A DNA stretch of 52,951 bases from an uncultured Nitrospinaceae bacterium (GCA_964584125.1 CAZOYP010000001.1:1-52951), one strand, 5' to 3'; counted from the stretch's first letter, positions 1-9,591 are shown. Notes: generated by a model from the sequence alone, not told the origin. Made by a program: numbers and translations.

Positions 1-781
1 CAATAAAAATAGCCTTGACCCCAGTATGTACAAACTGCTTTAATACGTTGATTTTATCTGAAACTTTTGCCCCACCGGCGATTATCACTGTTTTGCTTGG
101 CTGGCTTATTATTTTTCGGCCAAAGTTTCCCAGGTTTGTTACTTCTTGATAAAGGAGGGTTCCCGCTACTACAAGCTTGTTTTGGGTTTTCATTATCTGA
201 GGAAGCATTTTTATACTTTTGGTTGTTCGATGACTACATCCAAAAGCGCAATTAATGTACACATCTGATACATTAGCTAACTCATCTATAAACTCTTTTC
301 TATAGGTGTCTGGGTTGGAAGGATCTAGTAAGTATCTAAGGTTAGGTAGGAATTTTATCCCACCAGGAGGCATGCGTTTATGAGCAGCAATTTCTAAAGA
401 GTGTTTCATATGGGAGTCTATTATTTCCGGTGGGAAAATAGTGTAAGTATCACCGTAAAGCCGACGAATTAACGTGTCAAAATGAGAACTCACGAATTGT
501 ATGTTAAAAATGCCATCCCAACCCATGTGGCCTTTTTGCTTATGTGGCCTACCAAGGTGTGATCCTATGATAATTCTACAGTCTCCGTCGGTAAGTTCAT
601 GAATTCTTTTAAAAGTCGTATCCAGAAAGCGACGCATTCGAGTATCATCAGCAACCCTATAGTAACCTTTTTCAGTTGCAACTAAAGGAACATTGAAGTC
701 ACATCGAATAAATATGGATTTTCCTTTTAAATGGTCTGGAGTCAGTGCATCCAATGAGTTCATTCCGGTCTGTTTGTCCAT
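1..781 (-). CDS. pgk: phosphoglycerate kinase, N-terminal ~260 codons (3' end lies beyond the left edge)
   Basis: Absent from the ORF track because there is no stop in the window. My minus-strand translation from ATG 781-779 reads MDKQTGMNSLDALTPDHLKGKSIFIRCDFNVPL...RIIIGSHLGRPH...INCAFGCSHR...VIIAGGAKVSDKI, which are PGK signatures. GGTGGAG RBS at 786-792. Confidence 0.85.
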   Translation of the reverse strand, partial: MDKQTGMNSLDALTPDHLKGKSIFIRCDFNVPLVATEKGYYRVADDTRMRRFLDTTFKRIHELTDGDCRIIIGSHLGRPHKQKGHMGWDGIFNIQFVSSHFDTLIRRLYGDTYTIFPPEIIDSHMKHSLEIAAHKRMPPGGIKFLPNLRYLLDPSNPDTYRKEFIDELANVSDVYINCAFGCSHRTTKSIKMLPQIMKTQNKLVVAGTLLYQEVTNLGNFGRKIISQPSKTVIIAGGAKVSDKINVLKQFVHTGVKAIFI

Positions 782-792
782 AGGGCTCCACC

Positions 793-832
793 TTGCAAAC
801 TATAAGGTCAATACTGAATTTTATGTTTGCAA
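793..832 (-). promoter_or_regulatory. inverted repeat TTGCAAAC-N24-GTTTGCAA; on the pgk mRNA its 3' arm ends directly at the Shine-Dalgarno
   Basis: Perfect 8-bp arms at 793-800 and 825-832, read directly. A third TTGCAA copy lies about 15 nt further on. Confidence 0.3.
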
Positions 833-889
833 AATGTCTTTGATATTGCAAGAGATAAAATGATTTTTAGTGAAAAGTAACCACTGCAA

Positions 890-917
890 TTGACAAAAAG
901 TTGCGATATTATATTTT
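890..917 (+). promoter_or_regulatory. candidate sigma70 promoter for the RNase E/G gene (TTGACA-N16-TATTTT)
   Basis: Perfect -35 hexamer at 890-895 and a T/A-rich -10 at 912-917. It would give a leader of about 170 nt. Confidence 0.3.
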
Positions 918-948
918 TGTTTCGAATTTTAAGATATTTCAATTATGC

Positions 949-970
949 ATGATGGTGATCATACCATCAT
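949..970 (+). promoter_or_regulatory. hairpin ATGATGGT-GATCAT-ACCATCAT in the putative RNase E/G leader
   Basis: Perfect 8-bp stem with a 6-nt loop, read directly. Confidence 0.3.
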
Positions 971-1091
971 AAACTATTAAAAATTAAAGACTAATTAGTC
1001 TAACAGATTTTGAATTTTAGCTGCTTTTAGTTTATTATAACCATGCTAGCAGTTGAGTCTCATTATGGGGCCTAGCTAAAGAAAGGGTATC

Positions 1092-2999
1092 ATGCCAAAA
1101 AAATTATCTATGATGATAAATAGAGATCATCCAGAAGTCTGCCGTGCTGTCATTTTAGAAGATGGCAGGATCAATGACTATATCGTAGAAAACGTTTCAC
1201 AAGAGAAGATCAAAGGAAATATTTATTTAGGAGTAATTAATAGAGTAGAGCCGGCAATTGAAGCCGCATTTGTTGATATTGGTGGTAACAAATATGGTTT
1301 TTTACCATTTAAGGATGTCCTTAAGGAGTCCTATGTCGACACAGGAGAAAAGAAGGCTCGTGTTCGAATTCAGGATGTTTTAGTCCGTGGTCAACAAATA
1401 CTAGTCCAAGTAGCTAAAGAGAGTCGTGATGCAAAAGGACCATCTTTAACTAATAGCATCTCATTGCCTGGAAGGTTTTTGGTATTGATGTCAGGTTCTC
1501 ATGCTAGTGCTGTTTCTCGGAAAATTGAAGATGAGGAAGAGCGGAAAAAGTTAAAAACCCTCGTGGCGGACTTTAAGCTCCCAGATAATTTAGGACTAAT
1601 TATTAGAACAGCTGGATTAGGCAAAACTAAATTAGAACTTCAAAAAGACCTTCAAAGACTACTTATGGTTTGGGAAACCCTAGGTTCATCACGTGAAAAA
1701 AGAACTAATAAGCCACCGTTTCTTCTATATCAAGAGGCAGATATGGTGGTTCGCCTTGTAAGGGATAATTTCACAACAGAGACTACAGAGGTCCTTGTTG
1801 ATAATATTGAATCTTATAACGCAGTGAAGAGTTTTATGAAGATGGTTATGCCACGATTTATAAATCGTGTAAAGTTATATAAAGATACTAGGCCTATATT
1901 TTCTCGTTTCAATATAGAAGATCAGATTGAATCTTTGTATAAGCGCAATGTTCCTTTACCTTCGGGTGGTTCTATTGTTTTTGATTCAGGCGAGGCAATG
2001 GTTTCGATAGATGTTAATTCTGGTAAAACAACAAGTGCAAGTCAATTAGAAGAAACTGCCCTAAAGACTAATCTTGAAGCGGCTGTAGAAATTGGAAGGC
2101 AGTTACGCCTAAGAGACCTTGGTGGGCTTGTTGTGATTGACTTCATCGATATGTTTCATAAGAAAAACCAGACATTAGTAGAAAAAGAGATAAAAAAAGT
2201 TTGCAAACTTGATAAAGCTAGAGTCAACATAGCGAGAATTTCTAAGTTTGGATTGCTGGAAATGTCTAGACAAAGACTTGCTCCTCCTGTTCAGCAAGGT
2301 GCATTTATCGAGTGTGCCTCGTGTAGCGGCACAGGAGTCATAAGATCTTTAAATTACGTTGTTATTCATGTCTTGCGTAAAATTAATGAGTATTTAGCAA
2401 GCGGAAAAGTTGAAAAACTAATTGTGGAGGTTTCCCCTGATGTAACGGCGTATATGCTAAATAATAAGTCAAGTTATCTATTAGGATTGCAAGAGAAATT
2501 GAAGTTTAAGTTAGAATTTTTAAGCAGACCTGGGGTTTTATGGTCTAATTTTAAATATGAGGTTGTAGAAAAAACACCAGAGAAATTGGAAAATCTTTCA
2601 AAAACTGCAAACCACACTTTAATCCAAACAGACAATTTAAAAAGTGAAGAAGGACCAGTCAGAAATCAAAATAGAGAACGTGATTCAAATAGAGGCCGTG
2701 GGGGTAGACCTACTCAACGAAAAAGATATACACGTCGTAACTCTAATGCCCAAAGGTTTGTGCGAAAAGCAGTACCAAACCGCTTGGGCAAAACGAGCGA
2801 AGTTGGTAAGAATTTAGCGTCCAACCAAACTAACTCAGATATTGTGTCTAAGGAGGCAATACCGAATTCTCCACCCTTGCCATTAGGGGTAACACCAAAG
2901 ACAAAAGGAGGAAGTGAAAATATTCTTGATCGGATAACAGGATTTTTCGGAAAAACTTCAAAAAGTGGGGGTTTACCTTCTTCCGGAGCAGATTCTTAA
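1092..2999 (+). CDS. Rne/Rng-family ribonuclease (RNase E/G) with an Arg/Pro-rich C-terminal tail
   Basis: N-terminal S1 domain (GNIYLGVINRVEPAIEAAFVDIG), SIDVNSG and LGGLVVIDFIDM catalytic-core motifs, and a CxxC zinc link (CASCSGTG). The basic tail reads RNQNRERDSNRGRGGRPTQRKRYTRR. Confidence 0.9.
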   Translation: MPKKLSMMINRDHPEVCRAVILEDGRINDYIVENVSQEKIKGNIYLGVINRVEPAIEAAFVDIGGNKYGFLPFKDVLKESYVDTGEKKARVRIQDVLVRGQQILVQVAKESRDAKGPSLTNSISLPGRFLVLMSGSHASAVSRKIEDEEERKKLKTLVADFKLPDNLGLIIRTAGLGKTKLELQKDLQRLLMVWETLGSSREKRTNKPPFLLYQEADMVVRLVRDNFTTETTEVLVDNIESYNAVKSFMKMVMPRFINRVKLYKDTRPIFSRFNIEDQIESLYKRNVPLPSGGSIVFDSGEAMVSIDVNSGKTTSASQLEETALKTNLEAAVEIGRQLRLRDLGGLVVIDFIDMFHKKNQTLVEKEIKKVCKLDKARVNIARISKFGLLEMSRQRLAPPVQQGAFIECASCSGTGVIRSLNYVVIHVLRKINEYLASGKVEKLIVEVSPDVTAYMLNNKSSYLLGLQEKLKFKLEFLSRPGVLWSNFKYEVVEKTPEKLENLSKTANHTLIQTDNLKSEEGPVRNQNRERDSNRGRGGRPTQRKRYTRRNSNAQRFVRKAVPNRLGKTSEVGKNLASNQTNSDIVSKEAIPNSPPLPLGVTPKTKGGSENILDRITGFFGKTSKSGGLPSSGADS

Positions 3000-3004
3000 G
3001 GTAG

Positions 3005-3730
3005 TTAAATTGATTTTGCGCAACGAAATCCTGTATCCCAGAAACGCTCGTGTGGTGGCGCAAAATTACGATATGGTATTACTGTAAACTTTTTCAATAG
3101 TCCGTGCTTCATTTTATGAAAGGAGCCTCCTCTTATAATCTTAACGTTTTTGCCGTACAAACTGTCTTTGTACTCAGAGTTTTTATATGGTCTATACCAA
3201 TTAGCTGTCCATTCAGAAACATTCCCATTTAAATCGACTATCCCGTGTACACTTGTATCACTTGGGAAACTCCCAATTGGGCGGACCTGTTTTCCAAAAT
3301 TTGCATTTTCTTTCCTGAATTTTTCTCCCCATACAAAAAGTCTATTATCTAATCCCCTAGCGGTTTTTTCCCATTCAAATTCGGTAGGCAGTCGTTTCCC
3401 TTGAGCAAGGCAATACGCATCTGCTTCATACCAACTCACGCCTCGAATTGGTTCATTGGGGTTGGCAGTTTCATATTTAAGTTTAGGTTTAAATCTTTGA
3501 AATGCTTCATAAGTAACTTCAAATTTATCAATAAAAAAAGATTTGAGGTAAACTTTTTGGGCAGGTTGGGCATTTAAAGCTAAGGTAGTATCTGACATAA
3601 ATTCAATTGTTTTTTCATTTGCATTAATTCCTAAAATGAATTCACCTTCAGGTATGACTTTCATCCCTGATGGAGTATCCGAGCATGAAATTAATGTTAA
3701 TATGAGCCCGAATATCAAATATCGTTTCAA
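3005..3730 (-). CDS. formylglycine-generating-enzyme (FGE/SUMF1) fold lipoprotein
   Basis: Signal peptide plus lipobox (MKRYLIFGLILTLISC). Motifs: FIDKFEVT, VSWYEADAYC, RLPTEFEWEKTARG, GNVSEWT, RGGSF, DTGFRC. The TTG start at 3730-3728 overlaps the stop of the upstream gene. Confidence 0.85.
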   Translation of the reverse strand: MKRYLIFGLILTLISCSDTPSGMKVIPEGEFILGINANEKTIEFMSDTTLALNAQPAQKVYLKSFFIDKFEVTYEAFQRFKPKLKYETANPNEPIRGVSWYEADAYCLAQGKRLPTEFEWEKTARGLDNRLFVWGEKFRKENANFGKQVRPIGSFPSDTSVHGIVDLNGNVSEWTANWYRPYKNSEYKDSLYGKNVKIIRGGSFHKMKHGLLKKFTVIPYRNFAPPHERFWDTGFRCAKSI

Positions 3731-4440
3731 TTAGTAATTTCCTGTCGAGCAAAAGATGTATGTTTGTTAGGACTAGATGAAAAACTCTTGTGACCTTCAC
3801 TAATAATATATTCAATAGAGTAGCAAGCTGCCTCCTGGCGACCACACATTATTGACTTACATTCAGATTCATCGCGTTTGCAATAATAATTAAGAATTCT
3901 CATCTTCAGGTATCCACCTTCAGCCATTTGAACAACGTATACATTCTTTTGAGATTCTATATTATGTGTCCTGGTGCGATAAAGATACCAATCTGAAATT
4001 GCTTTATTAATGATTTTCCCATAAGTTTTTGCGTCTTTTGTATATCCTTCAATAGGTATGGTGGTCATAGAATCAAAATCAACGGGCCCTAAGTTTTTAA
4101 GAGAAACTTTTCCCTTAGGATTTGTTATTCCACCATTAGTGATAATTTTAGTTCTTTGGAACCCTATATCCCATGGGTGGTGATTTATTTTATTTTTTTC
4201 TACCTCTATATCTTTTACTTTATAAGTTTTCTTTGTAGAAAAATCTACAAGGGTCCATCCCTTTCGAGATTTCGCATCAATTTTAATTATTGGATTTTGA
4301 GAAGAGATTGACATTTGTTTGGGAGGCGTCAATGGACGTGATTCAAAATCCTCAATATTCTCGCTCATGTAATTAATTGTGACCAGAAATAGACAGGACC
4401 CAGCTATGAGGCCAAGCATTACGTTTATGGTGTTATTCAT
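3727..4440 (-). CDS. membrane-anchored protein, HmuY-like beta-sandwich (tentative), with a Cys-rich C-terminus
   Basis: N-terminal TM helix. WDIGFQRTKIITNGG and VYVVQMAEGGYLKMRILNYY resemble HmuY-family signatures as I recall them. The tail reads CKRDESECKSIMCGRQEAAC. Confidence 0.45.
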   Translation of the reverse strand: MNNTINVMLGLIAGSCLFLVTINYMSENIEDFESRPLTPPKQMSISSQNPIIKIDAKSRKGWTLVDFSTKKTYKVKDIEVEKNKINHHPWDIGFQRTKIITNGGITNPKGKVSLKNLGPVDFDSMTTIPIEGYTKDAKTYGKIINKAISDWYLYRTRTHNIESQKNVYVVQMAEGGYLKMRILNYYCKRDESECKSIMCGRQEAACYSIEYIISEGHKSFSSSPNKHTSFARQEITN

Positions 4441-4593
4441 TATTAATGGCTAAAAAGAGTGATTTAATTACTTAACATTAGAAAATCTTTATGTAATATA
4501 ATTAAGGCGAATAAAATTGACGTTTTTGATTGTTTTTATTTTATAATAACACAAAGTAATTACTGTTTTTATAGGGTTTATAAAGAAAAAAAT

Positions 4594-5196
4594 ATGTCAA
4601 ATAAACAGTTTGAATATAGAAAAGTCGAAATAGAGCGCTATGTTAAAGCGGAGTACGATAAGAAATTTCGTAAAGGTGCTCGCATTTCTATACGTAAGCG
4701 ACATAAATTCATGAATGATATGGCTCGAAAAGTTAGCAAAAAATACGGCAAAGACGTTTTATGTTTAATTGACTTTGCAAAAGGGGGCTTTTTTTCACTA
4801 ATATCTCCATCAAAAGCTCAATCAACCAGTTTGGGTCGTTTGTTTGACTCATTTACACATACACAAATTTCTTACACATCACATTGTCTAGAAAGATTTA
4901 GTGAGCGCACTGACAGTAATGAAAATTGTATTATCAGTATGGACTCATTAATGAATGAAGCTTTATTAACCTACGGCGAAAACTCAGGCCACCTTACCTG
5001 TCCTTCGGGGGTTTTTGCATATGAAATTGTGGATGGGAAAATGATCATAAAAACTTATATCAATTTTGACCTTTTATCTGAAGATCAAATCGATAAGTTT
5101 TACGGATCCGGAACGGCGACAGTATTACCTAAGGAATACATTGCAGAAGACCATGCACAAGCTGACTTTAGGCTTGTAGATGAATCTGAAAAATAA
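4594..5196 (+). CDS. hypothetical protein (basic N-terminal half; C-terminal half with an H-x-x-E-R-F-x-E-R motif)
   Basis: Clean ORF with an AT-rich upstream region. I recognise no family with confidence. Confidence 0.5.
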   Translation: MSNKQFEYRKVEIERYVKAEYDKKFRKGARISIRKRHKFMNDMARKVSKKYGKDVLCLIDFAKGGFFSLISPSKAQSTSLGRLFDSFTHTQISYTSHCLERFSERTDSNENCIISMDSLMNEALLTYGENSGHLTCPSGVFAYEIVDGKMIIKTYINFDLLSEDQIDKFYGSGTATVLPKEYIAEDHAQADFRLVDESEK

Positions 5197-5301
5197 CCCG
5201 GTCAATCACTTACCTGAATAGCATCACTTTATAATTATGCCTTACCGCATTTTTAAATTTATTTTTTAATAAATAATTACAAACCATGATTTTATAACTA
5301 A

Positions 5302-5961
5302 ATGATTAAGGTTTTTAATCTATATAAATCCTATGGAGGGATGTCTTCAGTATTATCTGATATATCATTTGAGATTCAGGATGGTGAATTTGTCTTTTTA
5401 ACTGGTCCAAGTGGAGCCGGGAAAACAACCTTGTTTAAAATTCTTTTTGGGTGGGAAAAATTTGATAGAGGGCAGATTCTAGTTGGCGGTGTTAACGTTG
5501 GCAAATTAAATCAAAAAAATTTGTATTTATTACGTAGGAATATAGGAATTGTTTTCCAAGACTATAAACTTCTTGCAAAAAAATCGGTGTTTGAAAATGT
5601 AGCCTTTGCTCAAGAAATTATTGGGGTTGATACAAAAACAGTTAGAAGTAAAACTTGGAATGCTCTTAAAAGTGTTGGCTTAGTGAAAAAAAAAGACTCT
5701 TATCCATCACAATTATCAGGAGGAGAACAACAACGAGTTTCAATTGCCAGAGCCATGGTTAACAACCCCGACCTTATTTTAGCAGATGAGCCTACCGGAA
5801 ATCTTGATTCTGAAATATCTAAAGAAATTCTTGGGCTGTTTGAAAAAATAAACCAACAGGGGAAAACTATAATTCTTGCAACTCATAGTCCGGAAATATT
5901 GCGTGAAAAAGAATGCCGACGCTTATCTCTTAATCGAGGGAAACTGCTTCAATTTAGCTAA
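5302..5961 (+). CDS. ftsE: cell-division ABC ATPase FtsE
   Basis: Walker A (GPSGAGKTT), LSGGEQQRVSIARA signature and Walker B (ILADEPTGNLD). It is followed by ftsX. Confidence 0.9.
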   Translation: MIKVFNLYKSYGGMSSVLSDISFEIQDGEFVFLTGPSGAGKTTLFKILFGWEKFDRGQILVGGVNVGKLNQKNLYLLRRNIGIVFQDYKLLAKKSVFENVAFAQEIIGVDTKTVRSKTWNALKSVGLVKKKDSYPSQLSGGEQQRVSIARAMVNNPDLILADEPTGNLDSEISKEILGLFEKINQQGKTIILATHSPEILREKECRRLSLNRGKLLQFS

Positions 5962-5962
5962 G

Positions 5963-6871
5963 ATGAATTTGTTCATAATTAAAACTATAAATACAACCAT
6001 TTCAAATATAAAAATAAACAAACAATTATTTCTATTGTCTGTTGCAACAAACTTCATAGCATTTTTTGTGCTCGGATTATTTTTTCTCTTGTTCGTTAAC
6101 CTTAATGTTTTTTTTTCCACTTGGGATAAACACGTTCAGCTCATAGTTTACTTGAATGACGAGATATCCAATATAGATAAAAAAAAGTTAAAATTGTTAT
6201 TTGATGCTAATGACAAGATCGAGTCGATAAGTTTTATCTCTCGGGATCAGGCATGGGCAACTTTTAAAAATGAATTTGAAATAAAGTCAAGCTTTATCAC
6301 TTCTTTAAAGCATAATCCTTTGCCAGACTCTTATATTATTAAATTTAAAAATGATAAAAATAGATTAAAAAACATCAAGGATTTTTCTTTAAAACTTAAG
6401 GATTCTAAGGCTATAGAATCACTCGAATATGGAGAAAAGTGGATTTCCAGATTTGAACAGTTTATGATTTTTCTAAGAGGGTTCATTGTAACTTTTGGGG
6501 TTTTGTTGTTTTCTGGAATGACCTTGATAATATCTAATACTATAAAGTTTTCCATCTACACTAGAAAAGATGAAATAGATTTAATGTCTTTATTGGGAGC
6601 TACTCATGCTTATATAAAAGCACCCCTGGTACTTGAGGGTATTATGCAAGGAATAGTAGGTGCCTTGCTATCATTAGTTGGAATTAAAATCATCCACTTT
6701 TATATAGTTTTTAAGTTTCAAGGTTCACTTGACTCTATGTTACGTGGGGTTGATTTTCAATATTTAACTAATCCTATTATTTTTTCGCTTTTATTTACAG
6801 GGATTATTATTGGTGTTTTAGGAAGCTTTTTGTCAGCCAATCAATTTCTTGACTCCCGTACCTCCGAATGA
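5963..6871 (+). CDS. ftsX: cell-division permease-like protein FtsX
   Basis: Four TM segments plus a periplasmic loop. ATG 5963 lies 2 nt after the ftsE stop. The track start at 5876 overlaps ftsE and looks like an over-extension. Confidence 0.85.
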   Translation: MNLFIIKTINTTISNIKINKQLFLLSVATNFIAFFVLGLFFLLFVNLNVFFSTWDKHVQLIVYLNDEISNIDKKKLKLLFDANDKIESISFISRDQAWATFKNEFEIKSSFITSLKHNPLPDSYIIKFKNDKNRLKNIKDFSLKLKDSKAIESLEYGEKWISRFEQFMIFLRGFIVTFGVLLFSGMTLIISNTIKFSIYTRKDEIDLMSLLGATHAYIKAPLVLEGIMQGIVGALLSLVGIKIIHFYIVFKFQGSLDSMLRGVDFQYLTNPIIFSLLFTGIIIGVLGSFLSANQFLDSRTSE

Positions 6872-8055
6872 TTTCTCCAAATCAAATTTTCTTTCTTTTT
6901 TTGCTAATTTTGAATTTTACTGTGTTCTTAGAGGATTCGTATGCAAAAAACGGTAATGCGAATGATATTATTTCTTTATTAGAGAAAGAAAAACTTGAGC
7001 TTAAAAAACTTAAGAGGGAGATTTCTAAACAGACAGGAATTCTTAATAAAATGGGCAAGAAGGAATATTCTAATTTAAAAAAACAAAGAATATTAGATGG
7101 TCAGCTAAAAATCAGGAGTAGAGAGCTTAAAATATATGATTGGAATTTAAAAATTAATAAAAATAAAATTAATGATCTAACTACTAATCTTAATCGAAGT
7201 AAAAAAAAGATTTCTGTGCAACAACAAATCATGAGAAGACGAATTAGAATGATATATAAAGAGGGGAAATTGTTTCCTGTAAAAATACTCTTTTCATCGG
7301 AGAGTTTTGTAGATCTACTGAAAAGAGCTAAGTATATAGATAAAGTTATGACTTATGATAAATTGGTTTTTAGCAACTATAAAAATGAACTTAACACACT
7401 AACTAGAAAAAAAGATGCTTTGATTAACGCTAAAGGTGATCTTCTTTTATTTAAAAAAAAAGCTATCACCAAAAAAAAAGAAATTTTGGCGGAACAGAAT
7501 AAAAAGAAGCAATTTTTAGCAAAGTTATACAAAGAAAAAAAATTGAATAAGCGTCTAAAGGATGAATTAATTAAGTCTTCAAAGCAACTTAATAAATTGA
7601 TATCTAGGCTTGAAACTAAAATGATTCACGGTGAAGGTATTGATATTGTAGATAAAAAGGGAAGTCTCTTCCCTCCCGTGAAAGGCAATTTTTTAAATAA
7701 ATTTGGCCGTAATAGAGATAGAAAATTTAATGCATATATTGTATCTAATGGCATTAATATAAAAACCCAAAAAGGAACAGCAGTACGATCTGTATTTAAA
7801 GGAAAAGTTCTTTACACAGGGACTCTTGAAGGTTACGGTAATATAATTATTGTTGGTCATGGCATGAACTACCATTCACTTTACGGCCATTTAGACGAAA
7901 TAATTACCACTTCAGGAAAGTCTGTTAGGTCAGGTCAAATAATAGGGCGTTCAGGTGATACAGGTTCAACCATAGGTGAATCACTGTATTTCGAAATGAG
8001 GCATAATGGAAAGCCTATTGAACCAACTGCTTGGTTAAGCAAATTAAAAAAATAA
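6868..8055 (+). CDS. envC: murein hydrolase activator EnvC-like (coiled coil + degenerate LytM/M23 domain)
   Basis: Signal peptide, a long Lys/Leu-rich coiled coil and a C-terminal LytM domain (GINIKTQKGTAVRSV...YGHL...GDTGS...LYFEMRHNGKPIEP). ATGA overlap with the ftsX stop. Confidence 0.8.
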   Translation: MISPNQIFFLFLLILNFTVFLEDSYAKNGNANDIISLLEKEKLELKKLKREISKQTGILNKMGKKEYSNLKKQRILDGQLKIRSRELKIYDWNLKINKNKINDLTTNLNRSKKKISVQQQIMRRRIRMIYKEGKLFPVKILFSSESFVDLLKRAKYIDKVMTYDKLVFSNYKNELNTLTRKKDALINAKGDLLLFKKKAITKKKEILAEQNKKKQFLAKLYKEKKLNKRLKDELIKSSKQLNKLISRLETKMIHGEGIDIVDKKGSLFPPVKGNFLNKFGRNRDRKFNAYIVSNGINIKTQKGTAVRSVFKGKVLYTGTLEGYGNIIIVGHGMNYHSLYGHLDEIITTSGKSVRSGQIIGRSGDTGSTIGESLYFEMRHNGKPIEPTAWLSKLKK

Positions 8056-8111
8056 ATTTTTGTTATAGTGTTTCGTTACAATTTTTTAAAATTTGGAGGA
8101 TGTTACTTCTC

Positions 8112-9581
8112 ATGTTATTTCCCTTGAAAATTATGCCTAGATTATTGCTTCAAATAAAAACTCATTTTCTTCTGATTTTAGCGGTGCTTTTTTTTAATTT
8201 TTTATTTATGGATGCCCAAATTGAAGCGCAAGAAGCTTTTAAAAATACCACTGAAAGTAATGTTAATTATGAAGGTTTAAAGACTTTCTCTGAAGTACTT
8301 TCTTTGATTGAATCAACATATGTTGAAAAAGTTCCGAGCAAAAAACTTATAGATGGAGCAATCCATGGCCTTGTTAAAACTTTAGACCCTCATACCACCT
8401 ATTTGCCACTAGAAGCATATCAAGAAATGAAGGTTCAAACTTCAGGAAAGTTTGGTGGATTGGGTATTGAAGTTAGTATGCGTAATGGTGTGTTGACTGT
8501 TATTTCTCCCATTGATGGGACACCTGCGTTTATTGCTGGTATCAAAGCTAAAGATAAAATTGTTAAGATTGAGGATGAATCAACACTTGATATGACCCTT
8601 GAAGCTGCTGTTTCTATTCTTCGTGGTGAAATAGGTTCTTCCGTAAATATAACTGTGATTCGTAAAGGATTAAAAGCACCTCTGCTGTTTAAAATTGTTA
8701 GGGATATTATTAAAGTTCAGAGTGTTAAACATAAAATTTATAATAACGATATTGGATATATAAAAATTAGAAGTTTTACTAAAACAACATCTAATGATCT
8801 AGATATGGCCCTTAATTATCTTCGAAATAAAAATATAACTAAATTAATATTGGATGTTCGCAATAACCCTGGTGGATTACTAAACCAAGCTGTTGAGGTT
8901 TCCGATCGATTTTTAGGAAATGAAAATCTTATTGTGTATACAAAAGGTAGGTCAGAAGATCAGGATATGCGGTTCACAACTAATGACAAGGATATTCATT
9001 CCGATTATCCTATGATTGTTTTAGTAAATGGTGGCAGCGCTAGTGCCTCCGAAATAGTTGCAGGAGCATTGCAGGATCTTAACCGTGCTATAATTATAGG
9101 TACACCTACCTTTGGTAAAGGTTCTGTTCAAACTATAATCCCTCTCACTGATGGTTCTGCCTTACGTTTAACAACAGCCAGATATTACACCCCTAGTGGA
9201 AAAGTCATTCAAGAGAATGGAATTGTTCCAGATATAATGATTCAGAATGAACCAGTACCTACTATTGACGAAAATAATAATCAAGAACCTAAAGAACCTA
9301 ATGATAAGGAAAAAATTCGCCGCTTTTTAAGGGAACGTGATCTAAAAAAACATCTTAAAGGAAAAACTAGTATTGAAGGATCGATTACTGGTGATCCAGA
9401 GAATTTGTCTACCAAAAAAGATAAAAATTCAAATGAACTGAAAGAGGATTTAAAGAGGGATGCTCAGCTTCGTCATGCTGTTTCGCTTCTCTCGAGTTGG
9501 AATATAATGGTAGACACCTTTAAACAAGATAAAACAATTAATAAACCGACCCAAATGAGTTTTGATAATTTAAATAGATAA
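8112..9581 (+). CDS. ctpA: carboxy-terminal processing (S41, tail-specific) protease
   Basis: PDZ domain plus S41 core (GGLGIEV, PAFIAGIKAKDKIVKIE, DVRNNPGGLL, NGGSASASEIVAGALQD, TFGKGSVQ). In-frame ATGs at 8100, 8112 and 8130. GGAGG at 8095-8099 favours 8112 over the track start at 8031. Confidence 0.85.
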   Translation: MLFPLKIMPRLLLQIKTHFLLILAVLFFNFLFMDAQIEAQEAFKNTTESNVNYEGLKTFSEVLSLIESTYVEKVPSKKLIDGAIHGLVKTLDPHTTYLPLEAYQEMKVQTSGKFGGLGIEVSMRNGVLTVISPIDGTPAFIAGIKAKDKIVKIEDESTLDMTLEAAVSILRGEIGSSVNITVIRKGLKAPLLFKIVRDIIKVQSVKHKIYNNDIGYIKIRSFTKTTSNDLDMALNYLRNKNITKLILDVRNNPGGLLNQAVEVSDRFLGNENLIVYTKGRSEDQDMRFTTNDKDIHSDYPMIVLVNGGSASASEIVAGALQDLNRAIIIGTPTFGKGSVQTIIPLTDGSALRLTTARYYTPSGKVIQENGIVPDIMIQNEPVPTIDENNNQEPKEPNDKEKIRRFLRERDLKKHLKGKTSIEGSITGDPENLSTKKDKNSNELKEDLKRDAQLRHAVSLLSSWNIMVDTFKQDKTINKPTQMSFDNLNR

Positions 9582-9591
9582 ATTTTTATTT

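Noticed and set aside
7453-7479. Two A9 homopolymer runs 9 nt apart inside envC. They could be slippage or phase-variation sites.
   Set aside because: They encode the Lys-rich coiled-coil (KKK), and the frame is intact. This is typical of AT-rich genomes.
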